Numbered from the whole stretch's first letter, positions 38,587-52,721 are shown. The stretch: DNA of 63,997 nucleotides, filler included, from Octopus bimaculoides (GCF_001194135.2; 9 parts of 9 records of this genome joined end to end with filler, not necessarily neighbours in it), one strand, 5' to 3'. The notes: a model not told the origin generated them from the sequence alone. Made by a program: numbers and translations.

Positions 38587-40614
38587 ATTATCATTGTTAT
38601 TTTTTCTATTCGTAATTAAACCAGAAAAGGATTAGTTGGTCCTTTCGAAGGCCAAAGCCAGCCCTCTCATTAGTTGCCGTAGTAAACACATTTGACCTCT
38701 GCTGACCGCAAGGGTGTGTCACTTTTTTTGCTTCCCGATCACACTACTACTGCTGCTGCTGTTGCTGTTGTTGCTACTACAACTACTACTACTACAACTA
38801 CTACTACATCTACTACTACAACTACTACTACTCTTACTGTTACTGTTGCCGCTACTGTTACTAATAATAACAATGATAATGGTGATTTTCCTGGAGACAA
38901 ACAGACACATGCGACAGCGTTTACATCCTGCTGATAGAACATATGCAATCCCATTACCACTTCTACCACCGCCGCCGCCAACGCCATCACCATCCTACTG
39001 GAAATAGCTCGGAGGCTGCATGATGGTTCTGTCTTTTGTCTCCCTTCTCTGTCTCTCTTTGGCTGTCAATTTAGTATCTGCCTCTTTCTACGATGCTACA
39101 AGAATTCTGTCGGCCTGTCATTTGACACCTTCCAAGCGGCAGGTCATGACATGAACGAATTTAAAACTTCTCAAAATAAAATCCCCCCACCTCCCCGAGA
39201 AAATGATTATGCCTGGGACCTCTGAATGTTACTCAAGGAACCAGACAACTGGTTAACCCTGTTCGCTTATAGCACAGCCCTGGATACCAACCATAGAAAT
39301 ACCCCCTAGAAGCCGTGTCGTCCGAAGAACGCGTTCATCAGTGACCTTAGATTCTGACACTGAGCTCGAAAAGTCTTCAAATCAGGACCAACCTCCTCAA
39401 GATCTGTTGCAAATCAAACCAGGAATATTCTCGAAACTGACGTTCAGGATCAACTACCAAACCTATCTCAAAGAAATAGGGATCTTTTTTTTTTTTTTTG
39501 ATTCGCAAAAATGCATTTTTAAAAGGAAGTAAAAAAATCTGAAAATCGGCTATAATAATGTAGACTTCCAGTCTCATTGTTATGAAGGTATTATGTTGCG
39601 GAGAAAACAATTGGTGGAAAGAGTTACAGCGGTTTAAAGATCGGAAAAACTTTGTATTTTTAGCCAAAAGCGAGACAGAAATTTTCTGCGGTGTCTACTT
39701 TAAGGTTGTACTCTGTGAAATTTATAGTTTAGCGTCTGTGACATGACCTGTTCATTGTAGGTTTCTAAATAAACAGAAATACCTAATAAAATCAATATGT
39801 ATCATCTTACTCNNNNNNNNNNNNNNNNNNNNNNNNNNNNNNNNNNNNNNNNNNNNNNNNNNNNNNNNNNNNNNNNNNNNNNNNNNNNNNNNNNNNNNNN
39901 NNNNNNNNNNNNNNNNNNNNNNNNNNNNNNNNNNNNNNNNNNNNNNNNNNNNNNNNNNNNNNNNNNNNNNNNNNNNNNNNNNNNNNNNNNNNNNNNNNNN
40001 NNNNNNNNNNNNNNNNNNNNNNNNNNNNNNNNNNNNNNNNNNNNNNNNNNNNNNNNNNNNNNNNNNNNNNNNNNNNNNNNNNNNNNNNNNNNNNNNNNNN
40101 NNNNAACCTATCTCAAAGAAATAGGGATCTTTTTTTTTTTTTTTGATTCGCAAAAATGCATTTTTAAAAGGAAGTAAAAAAATCTGAAAATCGGCTATAA
40201 TAATGTAGACTTCCAGTCTCATTGTTATGAAGGTATTATGTTGCGGAGAAAACAATTGGTGGAAAGAGTTACAGCGGTTTAAAGATCGGAAAAACTTTGT
40301 ATTTTTAGCCAAAAGCGAGACAGAAATTTTCTGCGGTGTCTACTTTAAGGTTGTACTCTGTGAAATTTATAGTTTAGCGTCTGTGACATGACCTGTTCAT
40401 TGTAGGTTTCTAAATAAACAGAAATACCTAATAAAATCAATATGTATCATCTTACTCTTTCTTTTCTCTCTTCATTGATTGTATGTTTTTATTTTTTTAA
40501 TTTGTTATATTAATATATTTCTGTGCGTGTGTTTACTTTATGCGTATTCCGGTATTATGTATACCTATGATGTATTTGTGTACATCATTAATATATAAGA
40601 GCATGTGGATGTAT

Positions 40615-41690
40615 GTATTCATACAGGACGATACAAAGCGTTTTAAAACGCGTAAATAAAATAACAAGGACAAAACAAATAAAACTCCCAGTAAAGGGCG
40701 GCGCTTTAAGGCGACTCGTGGAAGAACCTACAGAAGCTACAGGTGCCTGATCCTTTAATTTCCTTTTTTACAGGTGTATGCTCAGACTTGTTCTTTTCAC
40801 ACTGGCCATTCTTCCGACAGTCACCCACCTTTCAGCAAACTTGCTAGAAGACAACACTTCCCTTTCCACCCTCACTTTCCTTTTCAAGTGATACTTGAAA
40901 AAGTTGATGAGGGTTTGATCAAAGAGGAAAGTGTCTGACTTTAGCCCTTTCAAACGAGTCCACTGTACTACCTCTTTTGCTACAGCCAGTAGACAAAGGA
41001 AAATTACCTTCCCCTCCCGGTTAAAGGAGGTTGGTGGGGCAATTTTCACTATGGATTCAGCTGATAGCCGGATCCGTCCTACACACGACAGCAGCTCTTT
41101 GACATAAACTCACAGGTTAGCAATGCTCGGGCACTGNNNNNNNNNNNNNNNNNNNNNNNNNNNNNNNNNNNNNNNNNNNNNNNNNNNNNNNNNNNNNNNN
41201 NNNNNNNNNNNNNNNNNNNNNNNNNNNNNNNNNNCGCTCTGATCGCACCACGGGCAGGCTCGACTGACGGCACTTCTGTGCTTGTAAAGTTTATCTCGAA
41301 CAGGCAGTGCCCCTCGGTAGCAGTACCAGGCGAGGGATTTCTGGAAGTTATCCATAGGCCCAGGTCCGAAAGTTCTCCAAAACATAGCAGTAAGTTGATT
41401 CTGGTCGACGCCTAGAGTTTCCCCGAGAAAGTCGTCGCATTTTTCCTCCACTAACCTTCTATAGAACGCTAGAGTGGAGCTACAACCGATCGCATTGCCC
41501 GCCTGGCCGAGGGCTCTGAGCACTTGACAGCACTCGAAGTCCCAAGCGCCCTTCCTCGGTCTACGCTAAATCCAGGATTGCAACTCAGTCAAAGAGACGA
41601 GCTGTAGAAGAGCGAGTCTGACAAACGGCGACCACACCTGCTCACCGTCAAGGAAATGCTGGAGATGCCGTAACCTGAGTGCAGAAGGAT
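40615..41690 (-). mobile_element. L1/Tx1-clade LINE, 5'-truncated, ORF2 C-terminus with zf-RVT
   Basis: SLAWYCYRGALPVRDKL...RACPWC...(gap)...LAVAKEVVQWTR...FFKYHLKRKVRVER...F.ERW; stop at 40768 and a short 3' UTR. Confidence 0.85.
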
Positions 41691-41819
41691 GATAATAATA
41701 ATAATTTCATTTATTTGCCACCGGAGCTAAGGATGAAGGGAGCAATACAAAGACAGACACAAAGTGTGGGTGCTTACATATAATGAAATGATAAAATAGA
41801 TAAATAAATATGAGGAGAG

Positions 41820-41955
41820 TAGACGTGTTACCAATAGTAATTGGTGCACTTGGAAGTATCAGCACTCAACTACCAATATGGCTCAAAAAGATTGCTACAA
41901 GTGTAAATCATCATTGCTTGAAACTGCAAGAATTCTTCGCAGGGTTTTTTTTAAC
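41820..41955 (+). pseudogene. R4-like RLE C-terminal remnant
   Basis: PIVIGALGS...LETARILRRV, the same motif family as 13610-13880. Confidence 0.6.
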
Positions 41956-42831
41956 CATGACAAATAAACAAGTGTCACTTTAGTCTGCTGGCTGTGGGCA
42001 CATTCCATAATACTCAGCAAAATAAGCAGTGAATTTTCATCAAATAATAACAATGGTTTCTCGGTTAGGCCCAAAGCCAGCATTTTGATGGGTGGGGTAA
42101 TCGGCATTAATCGGCCCCAGTGCTTCACTAGTACTTTATTTTTCCATCCTGTATGTGTGAAAGTCTAAGTTGACCTCGATGGGATTAGAACTCAGATATA
42201 TAGAACTGAGAAAGGATACCACTTGGCCTTTTGTCCACAACACAAACGATTCTACCAATTCACCAAGAAGAAGATGCAAAAGGAAGAAAAGGAACAAGGG
42301 CAGGAGGAGGAGGAGGAAGATAGTGGGGGAGAATTATCATGTTGAGTATGATGAGAACACTGATGATGATTGTGATGGTGCGATGACATTGACAATGTTG
42401 CTGATAAGGAAATGGAGGAACAGAGGGAAAGTAAGGAGGCGGTGGAGGAGAAGGAGAAGAGGGGGAAGTTTGACAAATCTGATGAACTGTTCAACTTTCA
42501 TAAATGACTTTTCATGAATGCTTGTTGATCAGCAATTAGATATTTGTGAAAGTAATCAGTAAAAGATTTCAAAAGGCTTCCATACACGCATACTCACGTT
42601 CAGACAGACTGACACATAGATACACACGCGCGCGCGCACTGAGTTGCACATTCATACATGCATGCATACATACATACATACATACATACATACACACATT
42701 CAGAAACATGTGTGTGCAGGAGTTTGTCCGAATTTTAACCTTCGTACACACTTATAATATGTACATACACTCACACATACGCGCGTACACACACATACAT
42801 ACAAGCAACATATGCCTATATAAACACGCAT

Positions 42832-42883
<52 letters not shown>

Positions 42884-42941
42884 GCATATATACTTAAATA
42901 CATACACACGCTTACATGCATACATAAATGCAACCACACGC

Positions 42942-42972
<31 letters not shown>

Positions 42973-43239
42973 CATACTTACAACACATACATGCATATAT
43001 AAACAAGCATACATACATACATAAAAACATACACACGCTTATATAGTTAAATGCTTATAAGCACACACGCTTGCATACAAACACAAATACATACATACAC
43101 TCATACATACACACATACATACACACATCGGTACACACACGCATACATATAAATACATACATATAAATACATACATACCTATATACGTGCCTACGTACAT
43201 ACACACATACATACATACATACATACATACATACATACA

Positions 43240-43270
<31 letters not shown>

Positions 43271-44808
43271 TACTTACCCTGATAGCTTCTCCATGCCAAG
43301 ACGTCTGCGGAACACTTTGATGTTTTCCCTGGGTTTTAACTTGGTGATTTCACGGTAAGATGCTTTTTAATAAAATCTGCTATCTTTGCGAATCTACTTT
43401 AGTTTATCAAAACAAACACTTCTTCATATTGCAGATCTCGTTGCTCCATGGTCCCTACCCTTCTAAGTTTCTTGTCATCATATTAGTTGTCCGCATTCAT
43501 TGATTATTTGTCATTGTTCTCTAGAACATTCATATGGCATCATAGAAACATGAGGTGTTATGTGTGGATGTGGCCAGCCAGAAAATATCATTGCATTTAC
43601 CCTCCTCTCCATTTCACTGGCATCCCACCCTAATGTCTTATCTTAGGTTATTTAACGGATTTGCGCACAGATTTATTTCGAACAATCCACTTGGTGATGA
43701 AAATGGGAAAAGCTTTCTTATTCACATTAAACCGTTTTTACCAAATCTTGATGGCAGGCCAGTGCAAGTAATTTGTAAATTTCTCCATAGCCTATTACAA
43801 GTATTTCTCTATGTTCTCTATACTTCTGTAAATGTGATTTGAGACCAAATTTTCTACTGAGAATTTCCTGGTAATAATATGATAATTTCTCTGGTAATAA
43901 TATGATAATATGGCGATAAATATAACATATAAAAAATAAAATATATCTCTTCTTACATTGTATCATTTCCTATTCCAAAATGAAAAACTATAAATATATC
44001 AGTTTTAATATAGATTTACAGCGATATTTTACTGGTCTTAGAGTAGCAAAATACATATTGCAGGGTCTAAAACACAAAGAAATATAGCCATGTTTAACAT
44101 CTTAACTCCTCTGTACATGCATATTATATTATTCTAGCAAAATAATACACATATTTCACGTTCTTAATAGTATTGTATTAATCAGCTAATCAGAGCAGGA
44201 AGGAAATTATTTTGACCTTTGCAAGATCTTCCAAACTGATGAGATTTATTCGGTTGATGGCCAGCGTGCATTTGTTTTGTTCAACGGGAGATAGCATTTT
44301 CCGTAGCATGGAATGACATTAAGTCGGTTGTCTACTTTTCGATACGCTTCCTGGTGTGTGACTGCATAGCATAATAGCATTGTTTCACATATATGTTACA
44401 AGCACTTTACTAAATGGAACACTTTTACCGACTATCACAATCCGTACAAGACAACAATCATAAAAAAAATACAGAGATAACTTCATGTGTCATATACTCT
44501 GAGATTGCTTGACTTCCATATTGTAGCAGAGATTACTGGACCCATACCAAGAAGAACTCTACAACACCAACAGGTTTTACCCAAAATAGGTCTACTGGCT
44601 GCACATCTGCCGAAAAGATAATATCCACCTTTACAGCTCGTTTCGTCTCAAAGTTAACACTCCACGTTGCATGGAAACTCGTTTCAAACTCCACCATGTT
44701 TATTATACCCTTTCCGTAGAATACAATGCATGAAGGCGACGAATAAGACGGCGTGTACTTTATGGCCCTCAAACAGTAAGTTTCAAGGCAAGCTATTATC
44801 CTAACCAG

Positions 44809-44849
<41 letters not shown>

Positions 44850-45026
44850 CGCTCATCCTTCTTTCTCTCTTCTCTCTCTCCCCCTCTCTCTCCCCTTCTT
44901 TCCCTCCTTTTCTCTTTCACTTTCACTACATACACACATATATATATGTATATGTATAATATGTACATATATATGTATATACATATACTGTATGTGCGTA
45001 TGTATACATACATATATATGTAGATG

Positions 45027-45068
<42 letters not shown>

Positions 45069-45261
45069 NNNNNNNNNNNNNNNNNNNNNNNNNNNNNNNN
45101 NNNNNNNNNNNNTTAATTAATTAANNNNNNNNNNNNNNNNNNNNNNNNNNNNNNNNNNNNNNNNNNNNATTATTCCCCCCCCCCAAAGCTCTACTTTGTA
45201 ATTTGTCCATTTTCTGTATTTAGCCCTGTGTGGCTATAATAAAAAGATATCTATCTATCTG

Positions 45262-45326
<65 letters not shown>

Positions 45327-45780
45327 TATTGGTTTTATATATATCTGGTCTCTGAGCTTATTTCTATCTCCAAATAGGTCTCTTTCCTGGCTAGTCGCCC
45401 TACCTGTTACATACTACAGCAATATAAATCCCTCGCTTCACACTTCACCACCTTAAAAACAGACAACATGGAATAGAGTTGTGCATAGACACAAATATTG
45501 CAGGCACAGTGCTAAACAACGGCAAATTAACCTTTTTTTATCACAATAAACATAATCTGTTATTCATCATTAAATCTATCATTTAACCAATTCAACTTTA
45601 ATATTATTTTTTAGTGTACTATATCTTCCTTTACTATAAACTCTATGCTTATGAGGATTCAAATCTTTTCTGTTTTATACACTCACACATACACACACAC
45701 ACACAATATGCATACATATATATGCATAAATATATATATACATATAATATACATATATATACATATATATGTATACATAC

Positions 45781-45844
<64 letters not shown>

Positions 45845-46012
45845 TTATATATGTATATATGTGTATATACACACACATATATATAGAAGGTGAGAGAGAG
45901 TGAGAGAAAGAGAGAGAGAGAAGTAAATGTAGGGAAAGCAAGTTAGATCAATATATAGGGTATGTTAAACACATGGAATACAAAACATGTATATAAGTAT
46001 AAATATCAAAAT

Positions 46013-46378
46013 GGTCCGACTTACACAAAATAGAAATGACTTAGAGTATTAAAGATGAGAAACAGCATTACAATTCTAACAGCTGTTTGTGGGGGTCCGG
46101 TAGTTCATAATGTTTGTGGATTGACTCCATCAGAGGATGAGACGTGCCTCCGTCTTCACGAAAGAGATCTTACTTTTGAAGTTTAAACTTCTTTCCTTTA
46201 ACACCTCAAATGTAGGATTTCTTTCCTGAAGACGGTGGCTCGTCTCGTCCTGTGATGGAATCAATCTGCAAACATTATTATGAACTACCCAGCCCCAACA
46301 AACAGCTGTTGGATTTGTAATATTGTTCCTCGTTCCCTTTAATTCTCAATATCATTTCTATTCTGTGTAAGTCGGACC
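46013..46378. mobile_element. Fold-back C, 366 bp with about 150-bp inverted arms
   Basis: Termini GGTCCGACTTACACA / TGTGTAAGTCGGACC; the arms contain CTGAAGA...(C)AAACAGCTGTT. Confidence 0.8.
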
Positions 46379-47469
46379 TTTTTATATGTATGCATATATA
46401 CACTTTTTTGAATTTCATGTATTTAACATAGTTTATTGATCTGTCTACATTTATTGCATTCCCTACATTTACTTGTATACCCGTTGAAGTTTAAATAATT
46501 TGAGTACTACTAAGTATATTTCATACGGAGAAAATTCGGATATCATCTATGAACTATATATATANNNNNNNNNNNNNNNNNNNNNNNNNNNNNNNNNNNN
46601 NNNNNNNNNNNNNNNNNNNNNNNNNNNNNNNNNNNNNNNNNNNNNNNNNNNNNNNNNNNNNNNNNNNNNNNNNNNNNNNNNNNNNNNNNNNNNNNNNNNN
46701 NNNNNNNNNNNNNNNNNNNNNNNNNNNNNNNNNNNNNNNNNNNNNNNNNNNNNNNNNNNNNNNNNNNNNNNNNNNNNNNNNNNNNNNNNNNNNNNNNNNN
46801 NNNNNNNNNNNNNNNNNNNNNNNNNNNNNNNNNNNNNNNNNNNNNNNNNNNNNNNNNNNNNNNNNNNNNNNNNNNNNNNNNNNNNNNNNNNNNNNNNNNN
46901 NNNNNNNNNNNNNNNNNNATATTTTTCTATTTTGAAATGTGGAAAAAGCTGGGGTACAAAAATTTACAAAAAGTAAAAATAGTAAAAGTATTTTAATAAT
47001 TCGTTTATGACGAATGAGCATAAATACGTCAAATAAAAGCGAAGATGAAACAAAAGTCTCGTGTTAAACGATCGATTTTTTTTTTAAACAATACATTTTG
47101 CAATATTTAAAAGTAATATTTATTCTCATCATAGTCAACACTATTTTTTTTTTCTTTTCGCTATACTTTAAAATTATTAGTACTCAGAAATATTTGAATG
47201 GTTTCTCTTACTATAACGGAATTAACGCTGTGACTTCTCCGGGATTACAACCAAAAAAAAAAAAAAACAAAGAAAAAATTGAAAATACTGTCAAACTGGA
47301 TTATTTCAAAATTCAAAGAGCTACCATTATTCTTTAACCATTCCATCTCCCATGAACCAATGGCAGGAAATTGAATGGTAACTGACATTTGAAGGCGTGC
47401 GTTTATGTGCAATTTTAAACAAATTCTGTAGTCCGTTGATTGATTTTCTTGTTGTTGTTGTTTTTGTTG

Positions 47470-47496
47470 TTATTATTATTATTGTTATTGTTATCA

Positions 47497-47586
<90 letters not shown>
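47470..47586. repeat. (ATT)n microsatellite
   Basis: Direct reading. It is one of many long tracts, others being (CA)n 787-865, (AG)n 6686-6750, (ACT)n 38745-38860, (TACA)n 43200-43268 and (TATC)n 45248-45325. Confidence 0.95.
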
Positions 47587-47587
<1 letters not shown>

Positions 47588-49629
47588 CGCATTTGTTCTT
47601 ACTGACGCTTAATGGAATGAGACAAACTTGGTTAAGAATAATAAAAAAATAATAACATTGTTTATTTTTCTGTTAGCTATTGTTTTTAAGTTATTATTGT
47701 TGCTATTATTATTATTACTACTATTATTTAATTGTTATGGCGATATATCTGTTGCTATTGTAATATTTGTCTTAATGTTGAATGTCAACGTTATGCAATT
47801 CCATTGATATTCTATACAATAATCGTTTTCTACAGCAGAACTCTGCTTTATTATATTTATTTTAGCGGAGAATAAAATTTGTTTTCAATATGTATATTTT
47901 ATTTGAGCTGTACAAACTTTTAAAAAGAATAACATAGTCGAAACCATCATCTACGTGTCTCATCAGGTACTCAGCACACTGGTTACACAAGCGCAAATAC
48001 ACACACACATTCAGACGCAAGCATACGCATGCATACATGCATACACATAAATGTTTGTATTAACAGTTAAACTAAGAAGAACTTTCACAGACACAGAAAT
48101 ACACAGTCTGGTTGTATAGACGTATATACACCCCTAAAGATACACATAAATATTTATATTAATAGTTTAAACTGAGGTGTGTTACTTGAACTTTCACAAA
48201 CAACACTAAAATTAAATATGTGATGGTGAAGAAACAAGGGGAGAGCTTTTAAATAAAGCTAATTCTTATTGCACCAATGAATAAGATGTTTTCTCTTCGG
48301 TTTGTCTGGATCAGATGATGAATAGCTATCTCAACCTGACAACTGCTATTGCATGTAAGGTAAATCTAGCACGATAGATCAAGGTCGTCTCCCTTACTTT
48401 TCTAACTGCAGTGAGCTTTAAAATTCTAATAAAATTATGCGCAGTATTAACAGCTAATGGTTTAATATTATCCAAAAGTGAGAACTGTCTCTGCAATAAA
48501 GTGTATCCGTATTAGGTGGTATAGCAGGCTGTTGCAATAAGTGAAGTCAAATCTATGAAATGGATATTAACACTTAATAGCATGAAACTAAATACCACAG
48601 AACACCGTTAGTGGTAGCTTTATAACAAATCAATTTTCTTGTGAGAAGAAACAATGGACTGTTGCAATATGAACAATACTTTTCAGAAGCAAGTATGAGA
48701 GTTGTGTGTACCTTTCAGATTGTGCATAATAAAACGCGCCTTTTCAACAATATTCCAATTTAATCTGATTACAATATTTCTCTGGTTTCAAATCCTGCAG
48801 ATTAGACAGACCCGGACGTAGAGTTCAACACGAAGGACTTCATATGCTGAGCGAATCTTTCGTTGAATTTATTAGCTCTATATTCTGTATACTTCTTCGA
48901 GACATGCGTGTGTATTATATGATCTAGTGCGCAATTTTAAAGGCAATGCTGTTTTGGCAAGAGTAATTCACTTTAACATTATGCACGTTGACAGGGTTGT
49001 AATTTATGTCTGCTTGTGAAGTGTAGCCTAATTAAAGTAAAGACGTTGTTGTCTATGTTTGTGGAATCGTCTAAATCGAGCATGAAATTTAACACGTTTA
49101 TTTTACTTTCACTAACCGTTCGTGGTTAAAGACGAGGATTACTCTATTTACAATAATTTCAGACTAAAGCCACAACTCGCTAACATTACATGGTAAGTAG
49201 TGAAGACGTTTCTCCAGCGTATTTTATTATTACACTGAGAAGTCTACTATACATACATACATGAATATATACATTCATACATACATACATATGTGTGGGT
49301 GTGCGCGTGCACTCATTCGTGCATGTGTTGTCGCGTTCATATATGGATGCAGACATGGTAGAGTAGATTAGAAGTTCATTTCACAGTCATGTGGTTTCGG
49401 GCTCGACCTTACGGCCTAAAATCATGGGCCAGTGCCTAGGGTAGACTCAAACCACGTGAGCAAATTTGGGTCGACAAATATACCTGTAACTGAAATTTAC
49501 AGTTCCATAACTGATCCTAACTGAATCAGACACACCTGTCTATGGAATAGTCAACCACTTCGCACGTTAACCTAATTAATAAATTATTTAATTGATCAAA
49601 AACCTAGACACACGATTTTTGTCCTTAAT

Positions 49630-50030
49630 TGAGGGGGATTGTCGATTACATCGATCTCAGTGCTCAACTGTTACTTATTATATTGATATTATTATACTGA
49701 TATTATTATATTTATATTTATAAAGATGAGAGGCAAAGTCGACCTCGGCGGAACTTGAAGTCAGGACATGAAGACGGACGAAATGCAGCTACGGATTTTG
49801 TCAACTGCGAGAAAGATTCTGCCAGCTTGTCGCCTTATTGAATACTATTGGTTTCAAATTTTGGCACAAGACCAGCAATTTCAGGGCAGGAGGTGAATCA
49901 ACTCAATTGGTACTTATTTTAATTTTATTGACCTCGAAAAAGTGAAAGACAAAGTTGATCTCAAAATATAATGCCACTAGATATTTTGCCGGCGCGGTAA
50001 CGATTCTGCTACCTCGCCGCCTTATCGCAT
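49630..50030 (-). mobile_element. Two tandem SINE copies
   Basis: Reverse complement of the 7030-type family, with CpGs largely retained. Confidence 0.7.
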
Positions 50031-50894
50031 CATATTACAATATACTGTATTACCATAACAGTAATAATACTGTCCCCTATAGTCACAAGACCTGCAAGTT
50101 TAGTGCAGTATTGAAGGGTGAAGTTTACTTAATTATGATCTCTCATTATTTAATTATTTTATCGTTACAGCCAGGACGAAAGTAAGATCTGAAACCAAAG
50201 GGAATTTGATCGCGTAACGAAATAGGTATGCAAATATATTGTGCGCGAGAGTTTGGAGACAATGCTACAAGGTATGTCATTATACCGCCAAATTAATTGA
50301 CTAAATATAATAGAATTACATATTTTAGTATATTTTACAAGTCGTTTCCACTGATTTATTTAAAGAATACAACTTAGTCGATAATTATGGTAGAAAAACA
50401 CAACTGGCATTAAGAATCATCCATTGTCGGGTTTACTATATAATAAGTAACGCACTTTAAATGACAACAGCTTTATTGTTTGTTTGTAACCCATATCTGT
50501 TGTTTGGAAGTTATGATATAAATAGCTTCGTACTACTTAATTTTTGCCAAGTTTCAAATTGTATTTGGCTTATCCCTCGTAAATTTGGCACATTCAACGG
50601 AGATTCAAAAACAATACAAAAATATAAGCTCGTTTGAATGTGTTAATGAACTTACGCCAATGCATTGATAATTATTTTTTTTTTAAATGGGGTCACATGG
50701 TTTGCTATTGCTTGTATTGATAGCGTGTCAAACCCACGACCAAAGATTTTGAAATGTTTTATCTTAGCATGACCCCGATTTATGTCCTGGTGGTGGTGAA
50801 TTATGATGAGGATGATGATGATTATGATCATAATCATGATGGTTACATATTCCATCTTTAATCTCCTTTCTGTCAATATGTCAAATGTAAAATT

Positions 50895-50990
50895 CTTCCC
50901 TGGAGACGGAGGCTGATATTATCCGATGATGGAATCAATTTACATCATTATTTTGGACCGCCAAGCCCCCAGAAACAACTGTTGCACTCG
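50895..50990 (+). mobile_element. Solo arm of the fold-back C family with degenerate hammerhead-like motif
   Basis: cCTGGAGAcggaggc...gcccccaGAAACAACTGTTgcactcg; similar to 46222-46320 and 421-512. Confidence 0.55.
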
Positions 50991-51009
50991 CAAAACTCCT
51001 TTAATTCCT

Positions 51010-51059
<50 letters not shown>

Positions 51060-51289
51060 NNNNNNNNNNNNNNNNNNNNNNNNNNNNNNNNNNNNNNNNN
51101 NNNTTAATTAATTAANNNNNNNNNNNNNNNNNNNNNNNNNNNNNNNNNNNNNNNNNNNNAAAAAAAAAAAAAAGGAAAAATAATCCAGAATCCTTGTCCA
51201 GTACTTGATCGATCCCAATGGTAGTCATGGAATGTGAAGGTGGGTGTGTGGGCCGTGTTTGTAATGCTGTGTGTGTGTCATCTGCAGTG

Positions 51290-51535
51290 GGAACAGGACA
51301 GTTTTCTCTATGAAGGCTTTTTTCAGTCTATCCACTGATATATCATCTTTACAACCATTAAGGTCTATAGTGAAAACTTTATCCATGCATGAAAGAAAAC
51401 AGAAAGGACCTGCATCTGGTGTTGTTAATGGAGGTTTAATAACATTGTTGCAGACAAAAAACTTGAGTCCAAGAAGTAAAGCTTCCTTCAAGGCAGAGCT
51501 AGAGATACAATTGTCAGGTAGGTAAGAGGTTTTAA
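51290..51535 (-). pseudogene. Ty3/Gypsy LTR-retrotransposon integrase C-terminal (GPY/F) fragment
   Basis: KPPLTTPDAGPFCFLSCMDKVFTIDLNGCKDDISVDRLKKAF matches the pattern PLxxPYxGPFxV...FxI...D.VS.DRLKPA. Confidence 0.8.
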
Positions 51536-51759
51536 ACAGGAGAGATATATTCAAAATTGGGAAAACTAAAAATTGTCAGGGATAAATTAAATTTATTATT
51601 GTTACTGAATATGTTAGTGTTATTTAATTTCTGAACAGTTTTGCTGCCGTTTGTTTATGTAGTTTGATTTCTTTATCCATCAGTCTCTATTAAGATAGAG
51701 ACGTGAATAAAATTAATAATAGAGAAACGAAAATAAAACTTTGGAAACAGCAACGTCGT

Positions 51760-52040
51760 CATAACTTATGTGGAAATCATGAGCATGCTTTCTAGGAAGA
51801 TAATCAGAGAAAGACTTGAAAGTCAACATAAGATCATAATACTTCATGCAAGTAAAGTAAATATAACAAATAATCCAGAATCCTTGTCCGGTAGCAGATC
51901 AGTCCCAAAATCTAATCAGTTCATGCCAGTCACGAAGCCAAACATCCCTGAAAGTTTCATCCGAATCCATCCAGCAGTTCTTGAAATATTTTGTCCACAG
52001 ACAAACAAACAAACACAACTGAAAACAACACCTCCGCCTT

Positions 52041-52045
<5 letters not shown>
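51760..52045 (+). mobile_element. HINE-like (Helentron-associated) non-autonomous repeat
   Basis: Core aataatccagaatccttgtcc (also at 51175-51225), (ACAA)n microsatellite, then aaaacaacacctccgccttcgc near the 3' end. The family assignment is inferred from layout only. Confidence 0.4.
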
Positions 52046-52072
<27 letters not shown>

Positions 52073-52619
52073 GTATTTAATGCTTCTATACTTGAAGCCT
52101 GGCAGCAACCTCTTCAATGAGTCTACGCTGCACCAGTAATTGTGTGAAACAAAACCACAGAGACATTCACAAAACACATCACAACCACCGCCACCACCAA
52201 CAACAACAACACCACTCCATCATACCTTACTATTACACTATTACATCCAACTGCTACAATTTGGAAGGGTGGTGGTGGGAGCAGATGGACTCACTAGAGT
52301 ACAGAGCTAAGTACTGGTTTGCTCTATTGTTTTTAGTGGATTCCACCACCGCCACCAAGACTATGCTTCTTGACCTGAATAGAACAAATGGTTCTATCAC
52401 TGCTTTTGTGGAGAGAGAGAGAGAGAGAGTGACGGAGTGGAGGAGGTGACACGGAGCTCACACTGCAATATTTTTACTCCCAATTTGTACCAATTTTATT
52501 AATGCCTCAAGAGTGGAGAATAAAAAGATTATAAAAAGCAGACTTTATGGACAAATATTCTCTCTTAATGGCATAGAGCACACATTTACAGGTGCACATG
52601 TGTATATGCATGTGTATAT

Positions 52620-52663
<44 letters not shown>

Positions 52664-52721
52664 GCATGTGTGTGTGTATATATATATATATATATGCATG
52701 TGTTTATATACATACTTACAT

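Noticed and set aside
39460-40457. Identical 353-bp direct repeat (39460-39812 and 40105-40457)
   Set aside because: The copies abut either side of an N gap, most likely unmerged overlapping contig ends rather than a real duplication.
47940-47970. GAAAC...TCATCAG as a hammerhead
   Set aside because: The two core boxes are on opposite strands. Other isolated CTGATGA hits (10987, 14810, 44236, 54444) lack a downstream GAAA with stems.
51228-51252. Resemblance to miR-1/miR-206 mature sequence (tggaatgtgaagg...)
   Set aside because: Several mismatches, no precursor hairpin, and it sits between repeat fragments.
51326-51522. Plus-strand exon-like frame (LSTDISSLQPL...LEIQLSG) with good splice sites
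   Set aside because: The opposite strand encodes a recognisable Gypsy integrase GPY/F C-terminus, so the + frame is most likely its antisense shadow.
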